Of a stretch of DNA of 64,000 nt, positions 48,790-60,499 are shown in pieces. The translations under genes were made by a program, and so were the position numbers. Position 1 is the stretch's first letter. Every line of letters starts with the position of its first letter. A model generated the notes under the pieces. That model saw only the letters and a list, made by a program, of their open reading frames with translations, searched no databases and was not told where the DNA came from. This DNA comes from Oopsacas minuta (taxonomy: Eukaryota; Animalia; Porifera), in contig JAKMXF010000347.1 of the NCBI GenBank assembly GCA_024704765.1, positions 62,001 to 126,000 on the forward strand, in the 5' to 3' direction.

Positions 48790-51700
48790 TATAATATTTA
48801 AACTTTAGATAATTACATGTGGTTAGTGTGTATGATATTTTGACGTCACTGAGTAGAATATATATATATACTGGCTACACCAAAATTATCTTTTGGAATA
48901 CAGGGGCTAGCGTCCTTCGCTTAATTGGGACACTTCCTAGGAAGGATTCATGCATCGGATCCAAGCCATAGAGATGTTCCAGAACTTCCACTTAGTCTGG
49001 AACTCTGGTTACTTGAGGCAAACTATTGTGTAGGACGTATCCTATTTAAGAAGGTTGACTGGATCAGTTGGTACTAGATTTATATTCTATATTATTACCG
49101 ACAGCAGATTAATTAATTAATCTCCAATTTGTGGTTTGTTAGTGTTTCACTGAGATTTGATTAACAATGTGGTCGACAAGTTTGGGATATACAAGATGTC
49201 GACAATTATTGTGAAGATGTACAATTGTACAAGACTACTCTCTGATACAATTACAAAGTAATTCCGTGGGGTATAATCTAGCTACTTAATAACTACTTTT
49301 CCACGCTCAATGCTATATATCGAACATACTTCAAACAATTCGACGTGAAATTCTTAATACAGCTGATTATTCAAAGCCGGAGTATAGATATGGTATTATG
49401 CTACCAAACACATTATGGGCGAAATTCGTGTATACACATTGTACAGCTTTCAGTACATTTGTCTCAAAAATTACTAAACCGTAGTTTGAAAATGATACAT
49501 AATTAATGGACTTACACATTAATAATTAATAGTAGAGAAAACTGATCTTGGTACAAATTTGTGTAGAATAACCTTTACAATTTTGTACTAGGGTCATATG
49601 TTTCGTCGCTTGTTGAAACTGTGCCACACCACTGATTAACAGAAATATCTCTAATCTAGCCTATATATGAGCTGACAATTGTATTATTTGATTTGTAATA
49701 ATTTACTGCTATTCTATAAATCATGCGATTGGAGTTTTGTTAACGAAACTTACGAGAGCTCAAAAAGTAATTATCTGTAAAGATTAAGACTACCCTCTTT
49801 CATCTCTCAATTTGGCCACCCGTACGAGTATCCTTATCAGATAGAGATGTTATTGCATAACAGCAGTGAAATAATTGTATTAGCTATTGTAGAGGTAGAG
49901 ATACGTATTTGCTCTAACATAGCGATGAGTAAACTCAGCTCAGTTCAAAGCTAATTAACTGAGTCAAAAAATAATTATAAACTGAGCTGCTAAGGACGAT
50001 ATTGTTACAAATATATGTAATGTATATCTAGAGAGGTATTTATCCTGAAAATATGGCCCTTGAAGCTAAAGTAGAATCTGATAATATCTCCCCTAAAATG
50101 GATTGGCCAAAAGCTATGTACTATGTGTCTCACATATAGAGGGAGCAGTTTTTTTGTCTTCTAATTCCCAATTTTCCATGCCTTACAATCAGGGATGGAT
50201 CTAGGTTCAAACGTCAGGGGCTAGGAGATGGCTAGATAAAACACTGCTTACAATTGGGAGTATAGCAGTGACATTTGTTGTATCTCTAGATAAATGTATT
50301 GATAGTATCAACAATGTGACATCAAGATACCATGTATAACCTATGTACACAATGCTACCCTCTGTTACATTATATTATAAAGTTAATTAAAACATTGCAT
50401 AAATATTGGTAAATTTAATGAAGTAATTGATTAAGATTGAATGATGACTAGAAGATAAAAGAGACACTGTCCAAACTAGAAGTGTAACCAGTGGCAGTCT
50501 TAATACAATTATAATAATGACACAATAAACTGATAAACTCAGTTTGTAGATTGGATACTAGTCATATTCACAGTTGTATAACTTCTTTGTTTAATTCACA
50601 CAATGTTATTATTCAAATATTGGAATCAACCCTTTGAAGTTTCTAAGCTAACTAACGTCAATTAAAATATCCAGTGATTTAATTACTGGTTCACCATCTG
50701 TATGCTGGCTATTTCTTGAAATAGGTTGTTGTATTAACCTGAACAATGTGACTTTCCTGAAAATTGCAGCCATCAGCTTATTAGTTTTATCTCCAACAGG
50801 TGCTATATTCAGTATTATCTATTGCTGCATAATGATGACTACCTATTGCAGTGGTGTCTAAGCATTCTATTTTTATAAGACAGTTCAATTTTCTTTGTAT
50901 TACAAAAGTCTGACATAGGCTATTTATGATATATTCAGGGGCGGATACGGGATATTGGTAAGGAAGGGGCGGGGAAAATTTGGTAGCAGCTTGGAAAAGA
51001 CTTTGAAGACCATGCGGATTTAATTATTTATTTATTATAATACAGTGCAGCCTGAATAAGTGGGGTCTCTATAAATGGTGAACCTATATAAGCGTGGAGT
51101 GGGGAATGTAGAATACATTAAGATTACAATATCTTCCTACGTTATAATTTACCACCCCATTAGTGGGCATGTAAAACTTCAAGAATTATCTATTTTGTGT
51201 TAAATTTTTATTAAAATATACGTATTTATTGCTATTATCAATTGAAATCTAATTCTCAGAAATTATTTCCTACAAAATGTATTCTCAACCAAAACCTTAG
51301 GTGATAGGATCTAATATTATTGAATTTACAGACGTTGGAGCAAGTGACTATATAATTCCACCCAAAATACTCTGGTAAGGGACATTTGCAGTTGAAATTA
51401 TATTTGGGGAATGGGAGCGGGAGGGTATCAGAATATTTGTCGTTCCAACCACCCCCACTTATATAGGTTCTACTTTATTAATCTAACAAGTAACAACTAT
51501 GAATTCTAAAATGTTTGAAAACTATGCATTAAGCAGAGTTTGTCTACGTCTGATAAATACTTTGTGCATATATGTGTAGATAATTATTCAATAAAATTCT
51601 TAAGACGAATAAATTTTATACAGGGAAGGGTGAGGAGGCCGATTGATAACGTTTGAACGACCATACAAAACTCGGTTGTATTTTATTCTTAATTACAGAC

Positions 51701-53395
51701 AAATATTCAATGAAAAACGAATCTACGTATAAATACAAATATCACAAAATTTCTATAATTACTAGAATGACGATTTCGAGATAATTAGCAATTAAAAGCG
51801 GATCTCATAAAGTTGTTCAATAGATAGGTAAATTTGATTATTAGCGATGTATCTGTATTTTGCAGTTAATCGAGTAATCTAATATTAGAAAGTATGTCCA
51901 TTCAGGTGCTAATTTATTTATCGTATTTGAGGTGAGCTTTTAGCTACGAAGATGCAATCTCATACTCTCAAATACGGATACCTCTAATTTTAGAGTACCA
52001 ATGCTGGTCACCCTCTCCCTGGATGTGGAGATGTGTTGTATAGTCTATATATTCCTTAAAAAGATTCCGTTGGGAATTTCTATTTTATTTGATGTTTTGA
52101 TTGGAAAGTTGGTTTGTTATACCTGATACACCTAAGTATAATTACAAATTCCTATATATGGTAGAGGATAAGGATTTATACAAAAACTCCGTGAGGTAAC
52201 CATGTATATACACCTTTGGGTGTATAAAGCCAAAACACCTCCTGGGCTGAGATGCAGAGCTCTGATGGAGCATAGGTTTGTATCTTAATTAATTTAGTAT
52301 ATCAACAGGGGTGTAAACAGCTAGATTTTAACAGCATTTCACCATCCCTGATATCAAGAAAACGTCAATACTCACAATACCGTTCAATTTCCATAATTAT
52401 GTAACGTTTTAACTGCATTGTGAACACACTCCTCTATGTATTACACACTATTCGCGAAATATCTTCCCCTTCAAAGTACTTAAGACACAATATAACAAAT
52501 AGGACAAACGTATTGGTCATTAAATAAGCTAGAATAATGTCAGATATCTGCTATTTATTCTTAGTTAAATCCAGATCTCGAATCAGCCAGTCATATAACG
52601 TATCATATTTACATACCGTAAATATGACTTGTTCAATATCACGCACTGTCATAAGTTGCTTATCGCCTCTCCCATTAAACATTAAGTAACGTTGAATGAC
52701 CTTTTAGTCTATGAATATGTCTAATGATAGAATGACTTAGAATGTGTCAATCTTCCCAATTAACTGACAAATACATTAGGATATATAAGCAGGCGCGTAG
52801 GATGATGCATGCTATAGTCACGAAGTGTACCTAATGAAATAATCACGCGTGCAGCAGCACGATAATACATCAAGTAATGATCTAATTATCTGTTGCAAAG
52901 GGTAATGAGATTAGTATTACCAATATATTGATCAAAACATTCCATCGAAATATTCAAACTAGGGATAAAAACAAAAGTCTGTACAATAGTAATTCAATTC
53001 TTTAATCTAGCTGCAATCAGCTTTTCTATTTGTTTAGTATGACATTAAATACACGGTTATACGTATTAGGTAATTGTTTGGTGGGAATAGAATGCGAATA
53101 GGTGATAGGATCAGAGGAATTCTCGGTGGACCATGGTCCTAGCTGCCCCTCTTGGGTATGCATAGTGACAAGTCATAGAATTCTGTATAACGACTTTGTA
53201 TTCTATGAGTTTTATTGGTAGCAACATATTACAAATCCACGCTAGGCCCCATGTTTACGTCACTAAGGGGTTGCTACATATCCTAGCAACATACGTATGT
53301 TGTTAGTTACTACGAATAACGATCCATTATTTAGTTCGTTTAATCTTGCATATACGTACTAGGTGTATACGCATTACAATACATTAGTCTAATTA

Positions 53396-53683
53396 ATGTT
53401 AGGGAAAATACTAATCTACTTGAAGGGATCACACTTCTTCCGAGTGGGACTACCCATGATATCGCTGTGTCTTATTGGTACACACGGATTAAAGTTCTAC
53501 CAAGAAATAAGATATGAAGAGAAAGAGTCTAGACAGAGAATTCTAACTGGGAAAGAAATGATAAATCTAACAAAATCAAATAGAAAACAGCTTAGCTTAG
53601 AGAGTGAGTATGAACGTATGATGAAGAAGGTTGATCTTACTACTTACAAAAACAAACGTGTACCCAGACCATGGAAGGAATAG
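53396..53683 (+). CDS. COX16: Cytochrome c oxidase assembly protein COX16
   Basis: FFRVGLPMISLCLIGTHGLKFYQEIRYE (TM), LSLESEYE and C-terminal NKRVPRPW, matching the COX16 family; 95 aa. Confidence 0.88.
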   Translation: MLGKILIYLKGSHFFRVGLPMISLCLIGTHGLKFYQEIRYEEKESRQRILTGKEMINLTKSNRKQLSLESEYERMMKKVDLTTYKNKRVPRPWKE

Positions 53684-53917
53684 AATACTGTTTTATTTGA
53701 TGTTATTATAATATTATTTCACAAAATATATGAATTAAAATACGAGTAACAAAATTATGGGAATTCAAGTTGAGATCATTCTAAATTGGCCGAAAAAGAT
53801 TGCTCGTAAAATGAGATGATGTTAGTAGTAAATATTTCTAGAATCAACCATACAGCATATGGTAGGGGATTTCAAAAAGTGATTGGAATATCGTTTGGTT
53901 CTTTAGTCTATATATTA

Positions 53918-54023
53918 CAGTAAACCCCGTTATAACGAAGTGCTTCTTTACTTCATATAGCTTGAAAGTAATTGATTTACTCCACTTACAACGCAATAAA
54001 ACCGGGTCCCGAGTAGTTTACTG
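53918..54023. mobile_element. 106-bp Tigger/pogo-like MITE
   Basis: TA-CAGTAAAC...GTTTACTG-TA. Confidence 0.6.
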
Positions 54024-54530
54024 TATTTATATATATCGTGTTCTCGACCAATAAATAATCAAAACTTGTCTGTTAATATATTAGCAGGGAGATTTATTTA
54101 TTTCCCAATTCAGTAGTGTTTGCCAATTAGCAAGGGAAATTCATGAATGCTCTACACTCTACAGTCTATAAACTTTTAAATATTATCCAGAAATATTGTT
54201 GCATAGCCAATGATTGTTGACATTAGGCAAATACAAGGCAGTCCCAGGAGGGATTTGAAAATCTTGCCCCCAGTCCGGTCCCAGTTTTGCCAGATCCTCA
54301 GATCACCACTGATCAGTATATAATAAGATTGCAACATCCTGGGACCGCCCTTGGTTAATACGTAATATATTGATAAATGCACTCTTCTATTTTATAATTT
54401 GTGAAAATAACAATAGTAACAACAAACTCGTAATATACAATACAAATACATATACGCACATCTCATCCCTGGAATAATCGATATTCAATCAAATACGAAA
54501 GTGTAAATCACAAGTGTGAATGAAAGCTGA

Positions 54531-57500
54531 CTAATAGTTAGCTAGCAGACTAATCGCATAAGCACATCCTACCCGTACCTCAGGTATACTGTCATGCAGG
54601 AGACCTATCAGAGCCTCAGAGACCTGTTCACTCGATATCCCCTCTTGGAGATCTCGCGGAATGTGGTAGAGCATGAATCCGACAAAAAGCGCAGCATTTG
54701 CTCTAACATCAGGCCACACACTCTTGAAGAAGAGAGTAGCACTCAGAGTGAAGAAGTTGAGTTTATTAGGGAATGCTATAGCTAGTTTTTTAGTAAGGCC
54801 ATCTAAGAATTCCCCATAAATAATCTGCTTATTAGAAGATAAGTGTTTCTGGAACATTTGGTTAACATCCTCATTACCAATTAGAGGACCTACTTTGCAT
54901 AGAGTCTGTTTACAAGCAGACACTACACTCTGCTCGTTCTCATTCATGTGTACTAGTATAGTCACTAGATTAGAGAATATCTGCTCTAAATAAGGATCCT
55001 TAGAAGGCCCATCTCCGAACTGAGACAAGTCTCCGAATAGTGTGAATGCAGCTGTCCTCACCCCTGGGAGAGACTTCTCAAAACACGGTCGTATCCTTAA
55101 GATTATATTAACCAAGATAGGTCTAACATGTCCCTCGTCTATTTTAGCTATAATCTTGCTGAGCCCGCTCATTGCTTCCATAGTAATATAGTCATCAGGA
55201 TCTTCCTTATCATCCATGCCTGACATCATAGCAGATAGTACTGTAGTAGAGAATGTCTGTACAAGCTGCTGGTTGTGTGACGCTATATTACCCAGACCTC
55301 TTATACACAGCATACGGACTGTGTAGTGAGAATCTACTAGTCTACCGAGGAGACTGTTGATCAGCTGTTCCACAAGATCCTTCTTTATCACCTCCTCCTC
55401 TCCCTGTTGTACTATACCCATTGCTTGTTGGTTGATAAGCTCCGCGAAGAATGCTGTACTAACAATACGAAAAGGATCGTATATACTACTGAGTGCGGAA
55501 TTTAACACGTGTACAGTTTTAGGAATAAATCCAGAAGCATGTAGTGAGAATGCTCTAGCTAGCTCTGTTATACCCTCAGGATACGTGAATCCTCCTTCTA
55601 ACAGACTCCAATAAGACTGGCTATCCATTAAACTGATTATAGTGTCCTGACTAGCTGCAGTTAACAGTATACGAAATGTATTGAGAGTCTCTTGTATGGG
55701 AGAGTCCGTATCCTTTCCTTTAACTTTCTCTGAACTTTGACCTTCTATCATAGCACACACCCCTATACGAGTAATCATCTGTGAGAAGAGACGTGGGTAG
55801 TGCTCCAGGATAAGCCCCTCCATCTCATCTAGAGGGAACAGCTGAGCGAATACGCACACCACTGCTCTAGGCTTGGGAGTACTCAAGACCCTGACTACCC
55901 CTCCCTCATTCTTCTCCTGATACGGTAGACTCCTGTCCAATGTATCCATCAGTACATCTAGCAGAGGTTTAGCCAGACTGGGCTCTCTAGCTAGACATTG
56001 CCAGGAATCTATCATTTCCTGAGTCAGCTGATTAGATCTATCCAGCAGGTGAGCTACTATAGGCTGTAGATGATATGTAGTGTATGTCCTGATGCATCTG
56101 AGTGTGCCTGTTCTATTCTGTCCTGGAGGAAGCTTGCTCAGCTGATCCAGCAAGCTGTCTAGGATCTGAGAGAGAGGTGCTAGCAAGGATTGACCTTTGA
56201 CCTTTAGAGTTTGATTAAGTACAACCACAGCACCTGAAGCACTACTAGCTTCAGCATCCATCAATCCTTCTATAGTTACCCCGATGAAGCTAAGCACCAT
56301 ACTATCTGGTAGTTTTCTAGCTAGTACCTTACCCAGATCACTAGCTAGATTAAACAAGCCATCTTCGTTATCAGCACGTCCCATTAAGATAGATAGAGCC
56401 TCAATATACTGATCCTTGAGGTCAGGATTAATACCCATGTATCTGTTATTAATCAGGAGTAACAGCTGTATGGAGCGTAAACAATCTGATCTGACGCACA
56501 ATAAGGGGTCAGTAGCCTTTGGTACCAGGTACCCTAACAGCTCTGGGAGACAGGAGAAAGGGGACTGGTCTGTAGAGGGCGAGGATTGTCCTCCCTGTCT
56601 ACCCTCTCTAGATTGTGTGAGATTATCTAAGTATTCTAGTAATACACATTTCCATAGAGAAGCTGCACGCATCTTGAGGGGGTGAGGCTGTGAGAGGTAA
56701 GGCAAGAAACTCCTAAACATCTCAATTAGGTTATCAGTATTAGGTTTCTTCTTCAGAAGTTCTTTCAAGAAGCTGTTAATATCCGTCATGACGTCATTAA
56801 ACAGCTGATCAATAGAACCAGTGAATACATCTTTCTTAGAAGGTATCATCATCTGTGTGTCGGGTAGAGCTATAACATATTCAAACACTGTATTAGTAAT
56901 ATCAGTCTGTTCTTGTGCCTGTAGAGGTGGGTCTAGCTTAACTAGTGTAGTTAGAGCCTGTATACAGAGAGACCTTGTGTCCGTGAGGATAATAGACTTA
57001 CTCTCCTGTTTGATGTATGTTTGTAGATGCTTGATTAGATCCATTCTGTGTGTAAAATCACATGTATTCTCTCCTAAATGAGATGGATGTAGTGCTCTAC
57101 CTATAAGCTCTATCGTCTTAATAAGACTGTGTTTAACTGCTGGGTCTTTAATATTATTAAAGTGTGGGTTAATATTTCGTATTATAGTTACTTCAATACG
57201 AGAGGGGATGAGAGCAGGGGGAGCGTATAAACTAGAAAATCCGTAGCATAACATTACAGTGCTCTTAATCCTCTCTACATCAGCTTCTGATTTATCCTTA
57301 GTTAGACCGAATAATCCAGTGCTTTTACGTACCATATCCTGTGATGATATTTGTTCTAGTTTCTCTAGAATTGTGTCCAGATGTGAAGCAGCTGATATAC
57401 CATAACCACATGCTAATCCTTCCCTCTCTACCTGTTTAATATGTCTAACTGTATTAAACATAGCAGTCAGCTGTTCTTGTAAAAATACTTTATTAGTTGT

Positions 57501-59498
57501 CTTCCTTAGCACTACACCCTGACACTTATACAGTATAGCTTTCTCATCTGAGTACTCAGCATATAGAGATATACACTGTTCAGATAGCTCTTTACCCAGT
57601 AGTAACAACCAGTCCTCATCGTCTAGCTCATCTAGAGTCTTAGACAGTAATTTCATTATAAGGTCCTCCCATGTCTTCTGTGAGAATGTGCCTTGTGAGT
57701 AGAATTCAGTCAGCTGGGTGATTAGCTTAGGTATCACAGCATCCCATAGAGACACTAGATCTTCGTGTATGTTAGGGGATAAAGCTTTCATTAGTTTGAG
57801 TACATGTACACCTCTTAACTCGTTAGGACCATCAATCGGTTTGATAGGTACACCAGCTAGTACCAGTAGTCTAACAAACATGCTATGAGGCTTAGGAATG
57901 TTAACCATTGTCTCGTAGTCCAAATCGAAGTCCTCCTCCTTATTCTCTCGCTTGCTAGAAGCCATATACACCAGGGTTTGACACACAGCTCCTATACTTT
58001 CTGTAAACTGTACTGGCACTAAGAATTCTAGTAAGAATGGCCAGAATACAGTAGTCATCTGTGGTAGTGTAGTAGTCATCAAGTATAGCATATTCTCTGA
58101 TATTTTTCTCAGCTCTGAGTTAGTAGGAGTATCAGTATCTGATTTAGCTGTAGAATCCTTCTTCTCCTTAGGATCAGGAGGGAGAGAGGCCTGCTGTACC
58201 AGGAATTGTACCATAGTATGACCTCCTTCTAACCCCAGATAGTCCTTATGTGCCATAGCCTTAATAACCATGACGAGTGCTCGTCTCACCCTGAGATTAG
58301 GGTCCTGACATATTATCTTAAGACCGTTAAGTATCATTGGTTTCTTATCCTCCAACACCTCATCAGCTGAGTTAATCAGGTGACTTAGAATATCCATAGC
58401 TCCGAGTCTTGTCTTCTCGCCAGTCGGTTCTAGTTTTGATAAGAGAAACCCAATCATTCTATCAGAATTTTTTCGCGATATAATTTCGCAAGTTCTCCAT
58501 GCTTCGTTCCGGTTCTTAAGCGACATAGGGTTGACAGCATCTATGGGTTGGCAAGCATGTAAATACAGAGTATTCAGCAGAACTTCAAGATGAATATCAA
58601 GAGGAATATCTTTATCCTGAGCAGCACTTATGACGTAACCTAGACATTGTGTGATATAGTAATGCTCTTGGTTCTTACGATACAATCCTAGTATCCCATT
58701 GAATAGACGGGCAGATTGTTCGATTAATGTCTCAGTAGCTAGCAGAGCTGCCATATGTCCTAACGCATCCATGATAGCTAGTCTGAGTTTACTCTCTTTA
58801 GAATTTATCCACACATTGAATAGTATGTCGTATGCACTGTATACTTCTCCAGAGAAGTCAGATCTAGATATACCATGCTTAGCAGCCTCTCCTTTATCTC
58901 CTGTGTAGTTCAGGACAGCTTCACAGACCCTTCCTACACAGCTAGCAAATGCCCACTTCATATTGTCCTGTTTAACTGCTCCCATCATAGGTAGCATTCT
59001 CCCCAGCACTGCTTCCCTCTTAACAAGTGGTACTATCTTGCTGTTAGCACTAGCTAGTTGTCCTAAAGCCTGTATAGTGAAGAAGTGAGGTATTCCAGCT
59101 GTTGGCATCTTGTCTAATAACTTCAATGCTACTTCCTCTGGATAGCGAAGTCCTGACGTCACGAGTATGGTGCTAGCAGCTGTCTGCCAGTCCGGTACTA
59201 TCTCAAGTGTCATTGACATTTCATTGATACCTAGTTGAATGATTGAAAGATAGAGTTCTTTTGACAGGTTGTCTAAATGCAGTTCTATAACTTTATTCAT
59301 AGTGTTGAGTAGTAGTATACGATGTATTTTGTTCAGTTTAGGATGATCCTGTAGATATCCTATTGTCTGTATAATTGTTGTGTCAGGCTTTGTACGTCCT
59401 ATGTCTAGAAGAGCGGAGCAGATGGCTACTTTAGCCTCTTCCTGACGGTCATAAGCTGTCTCTATCAAGGCATTAACGAGTTCTTTTAGAATTGACAT
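54531..59498 (-). CDS. MROH1: Maestro HEAT-like repeat protein MROH1 (HEATR7A), 1655 aa in one exon
   Basis: LIETAYDRQEEAK, DWQTAAS, PHFFTIQALG, RMLPMM, FWPFLLEFL, STVMLCYG, LVPKATDP, RMLCIRGLGN, RIRPCFEK and FFKSVWPDVRANAALFVG. HEAT-repeat character throughout. Confidence 0.92.
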   Translation of the reverse strand: MSILKELVNALIETAYDRQEEAKVAICSALLDIGRTKPDTTIIQTIGYLQDHPKLNKIHRILLLNTMNKVIELHLDNLSKELYLSIIQLGINEMSMTLEIVPDWQTAASTILVTSGLRYPEEVALKLLDKMPTAGIPHFFTIQALGQLASANSKIVPLVKREAVLGRMLPMMGAVKQDNMKWAFASCVGRVCEAVLNYTGDKGEAAKHGISRSDFSGEVYSAYDILFNVWINSKESKLRLAIMDALGHMAALLATETLIEQSARLFNGILGLYRKNQEHYYITQCLGYVISAAQDKDIPLDIHLEVLLNTLYLHACQPIDAVNPMSLKNRNEAWRTCEIISRKNSDRMIGFLLSKLEPTGEKTRLGAMDILSHLINSADEVLEDKKPMILNGLKIICQDPNLRVRRALVMVIKAMAHKDYLGLEGGHTMVQFLVQQASLPPDPKEKKDSTAKSDTDTPTNSELRKISENMLYLMTTTLPQMTTVFWPFLLEFLVPVQFTESIGAVCQTLVYMASSKRENKEEDFDLDYETMVNIPKPHSMFVRLLVLAGVPIKPIDGPNELRGVHVLKLMKALSPNIHEDLVSLWDAVIPKLITQLTEFYSQGTFSQKTWEDLIMKLLSKTLDELDDEDWLLLLGKELSEQCISLYAEYSDEKAILYKCQGVVLRKTTNKVFLQEQLTAMFNTVRHIKQVEREGLACGYGISAASHLDTILEKLEQISSQDMVRKSTGLFGLTKDKSEADVERIKSTVMLCYGFSSLYAPPALIPSRIEVTIIRNINPHFNNIKDPAVKHSLIKTIELIGRALHPSHLGENTCDFTHRMDLIKHLQTYIKQESKSIILTDTRSLCIQALTTLVKLDPPLQAQEQTDITNTVFEYVIALPDTQMMIPSKKDVFTGSIDQLFNDVMTDINSFLKELLKKKPNTDNLIEMFRSFLPYLSQPHPLKMRAASLWKCVLLEYLDNLTQSREGRQGGQSSPSTDQSPFSCLPELLGYLVPKATDPLLCVRSDCLRSIQLLLLINNRYMGINPDLKDQYIEALSILMGRADNEDGLFNLASDLGKVLARKLPDSMVLSFIGVTIEGLMDAEASSASGAVVVLNQTLKVKGQSLLAPLSQILDSLLDQLSKLPPGQNRTGTLRCIRTYTTYHLQPIVAHLLDRSNQLTQEMIDSWQCLAREPSLAKPLLDVLMDTLDRSLPYQEKNEGGVVRVLSTPKPRAVVCVFAQLFPLDEMEGLILEHYPRLFSQMITRIGVCAMIEGQSSEKVKGKDTDSPIQETLNTFRILLTAASQDTIISLMDSQSYWSLLEGGFTYPEGITELARAFSLHASGFIPKTVHVLNSALSSIYDPFRIVSTAFFAELINQQAMGIVQQGEEEVIKKDLVEQLINSLLGRLVDSHYTVRMLCIRGLGNIASHNQQLVQTFSTTVLSAMMSGMDDKEDPDDYITMEAMSGLSKIIAKIDEGHVRPILVNIILRIRPCFEKSLPGVRTAAFTLFGDLSQFGDGPSKDPYLEQIFSNLVTILVHMNENEQSVVSACKQTLCKVGPLIGNEDVNQMFQKHLSSNKQIIYGEFLDGLTKKLAIAFPNKLNFFTLSATLFFKSVWPDVRANAALFVGFMLYHIPRDLQEGISSEQVSEALIGLLHDSIPEVRVGCAYAISLLANY

Positions 59499-60499
59499 CT
59501 GTTAGGGTTATAATTCACGTGTCATACTATTTTAACTAAGAATATATTTAAAATAGGCTAATATAAATGAATATAAGCTCAGGGTTAGTAGGTGTGGATA
59601 GACATATACACCAGCTACTCATGCATTTAACTACATACGTCACTCCATTTACCGATGCTATCATTTAGCTAACGATTATATGATAGCAAAAATAAATACA
59701 ATAGTTATTTAGAAATCACTTCGGTTTCACCGATCCAACTTTATCATCTATCGGTAATTACAATCCCAGAAAAAATGATCAGAAGATTCTGTATAAGTAA
59801 ACTCCAAGCTCTATTACAATTGTACACCAACAAGAGTTTTAAACAAAACCTCAAAGTTTCGAGTGATCAAAATTATTGTAAGATCTAATAATTATGATGC
59901 ATTTTATTTCCATCAAATAATTAATACACACATACGTGGGTATGTATTATCCACTTACTTGTTGCCATATTCGTACTTCATATCAAGGAGAGTTCACTAA
60001 AATCCTCTTAAGTCCAGTCAACATTTTCATTTCACCTGACACCGATAATCATAGACACAAATCTAACTTCCATTATCCTTATTATATAAAAGTGCAATTT
60101 CTATTTACCTATTACTTGAAGGCCTACACACACATGAGAAATATATTCTAAATCAAATCACAAGATGTTCGTTAACTAGATAAATGATTAAACCTTGAAT
60201 AGCATCCTTTCAAGAGTATTTTCTCATTTATAGGTATTAATGGACACAAAATAGAAAATAATTGGATTACCCCTAGGTATTTATATATTGTGAAAATATA
60301 CAAGATTCCGTTATTAACTTTCAAAAAGAATATTTAGTGTATGACATAGCCAAATACTGAAAGTTCTTAGCCAAGAAATCATTCATGACTCTAAGGTGAA
60401 ATCCAAAAAGGGAAATTTGTCAAACTTAAGTTTATTAGATATTTAGATTGTACCATATATAGTAATATATATACATGCAATATAAATGCATACCCTATA

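Noticed and set aside
50200-50860. Several 50-57 codon - strand frames with an extracellular-domain feel
   Set aside because: No consistent splice sites, no continuous frame and no recognisable motif.
54594-58908. Antisense or out-of-frame ORFs over MROH1 (likewise over DLG, GCAT, BTB, DCLRE1A and the Pro-rich gene)
   Set aside because: These are shadow ORFs of long coding sequences, with no independent motifs.
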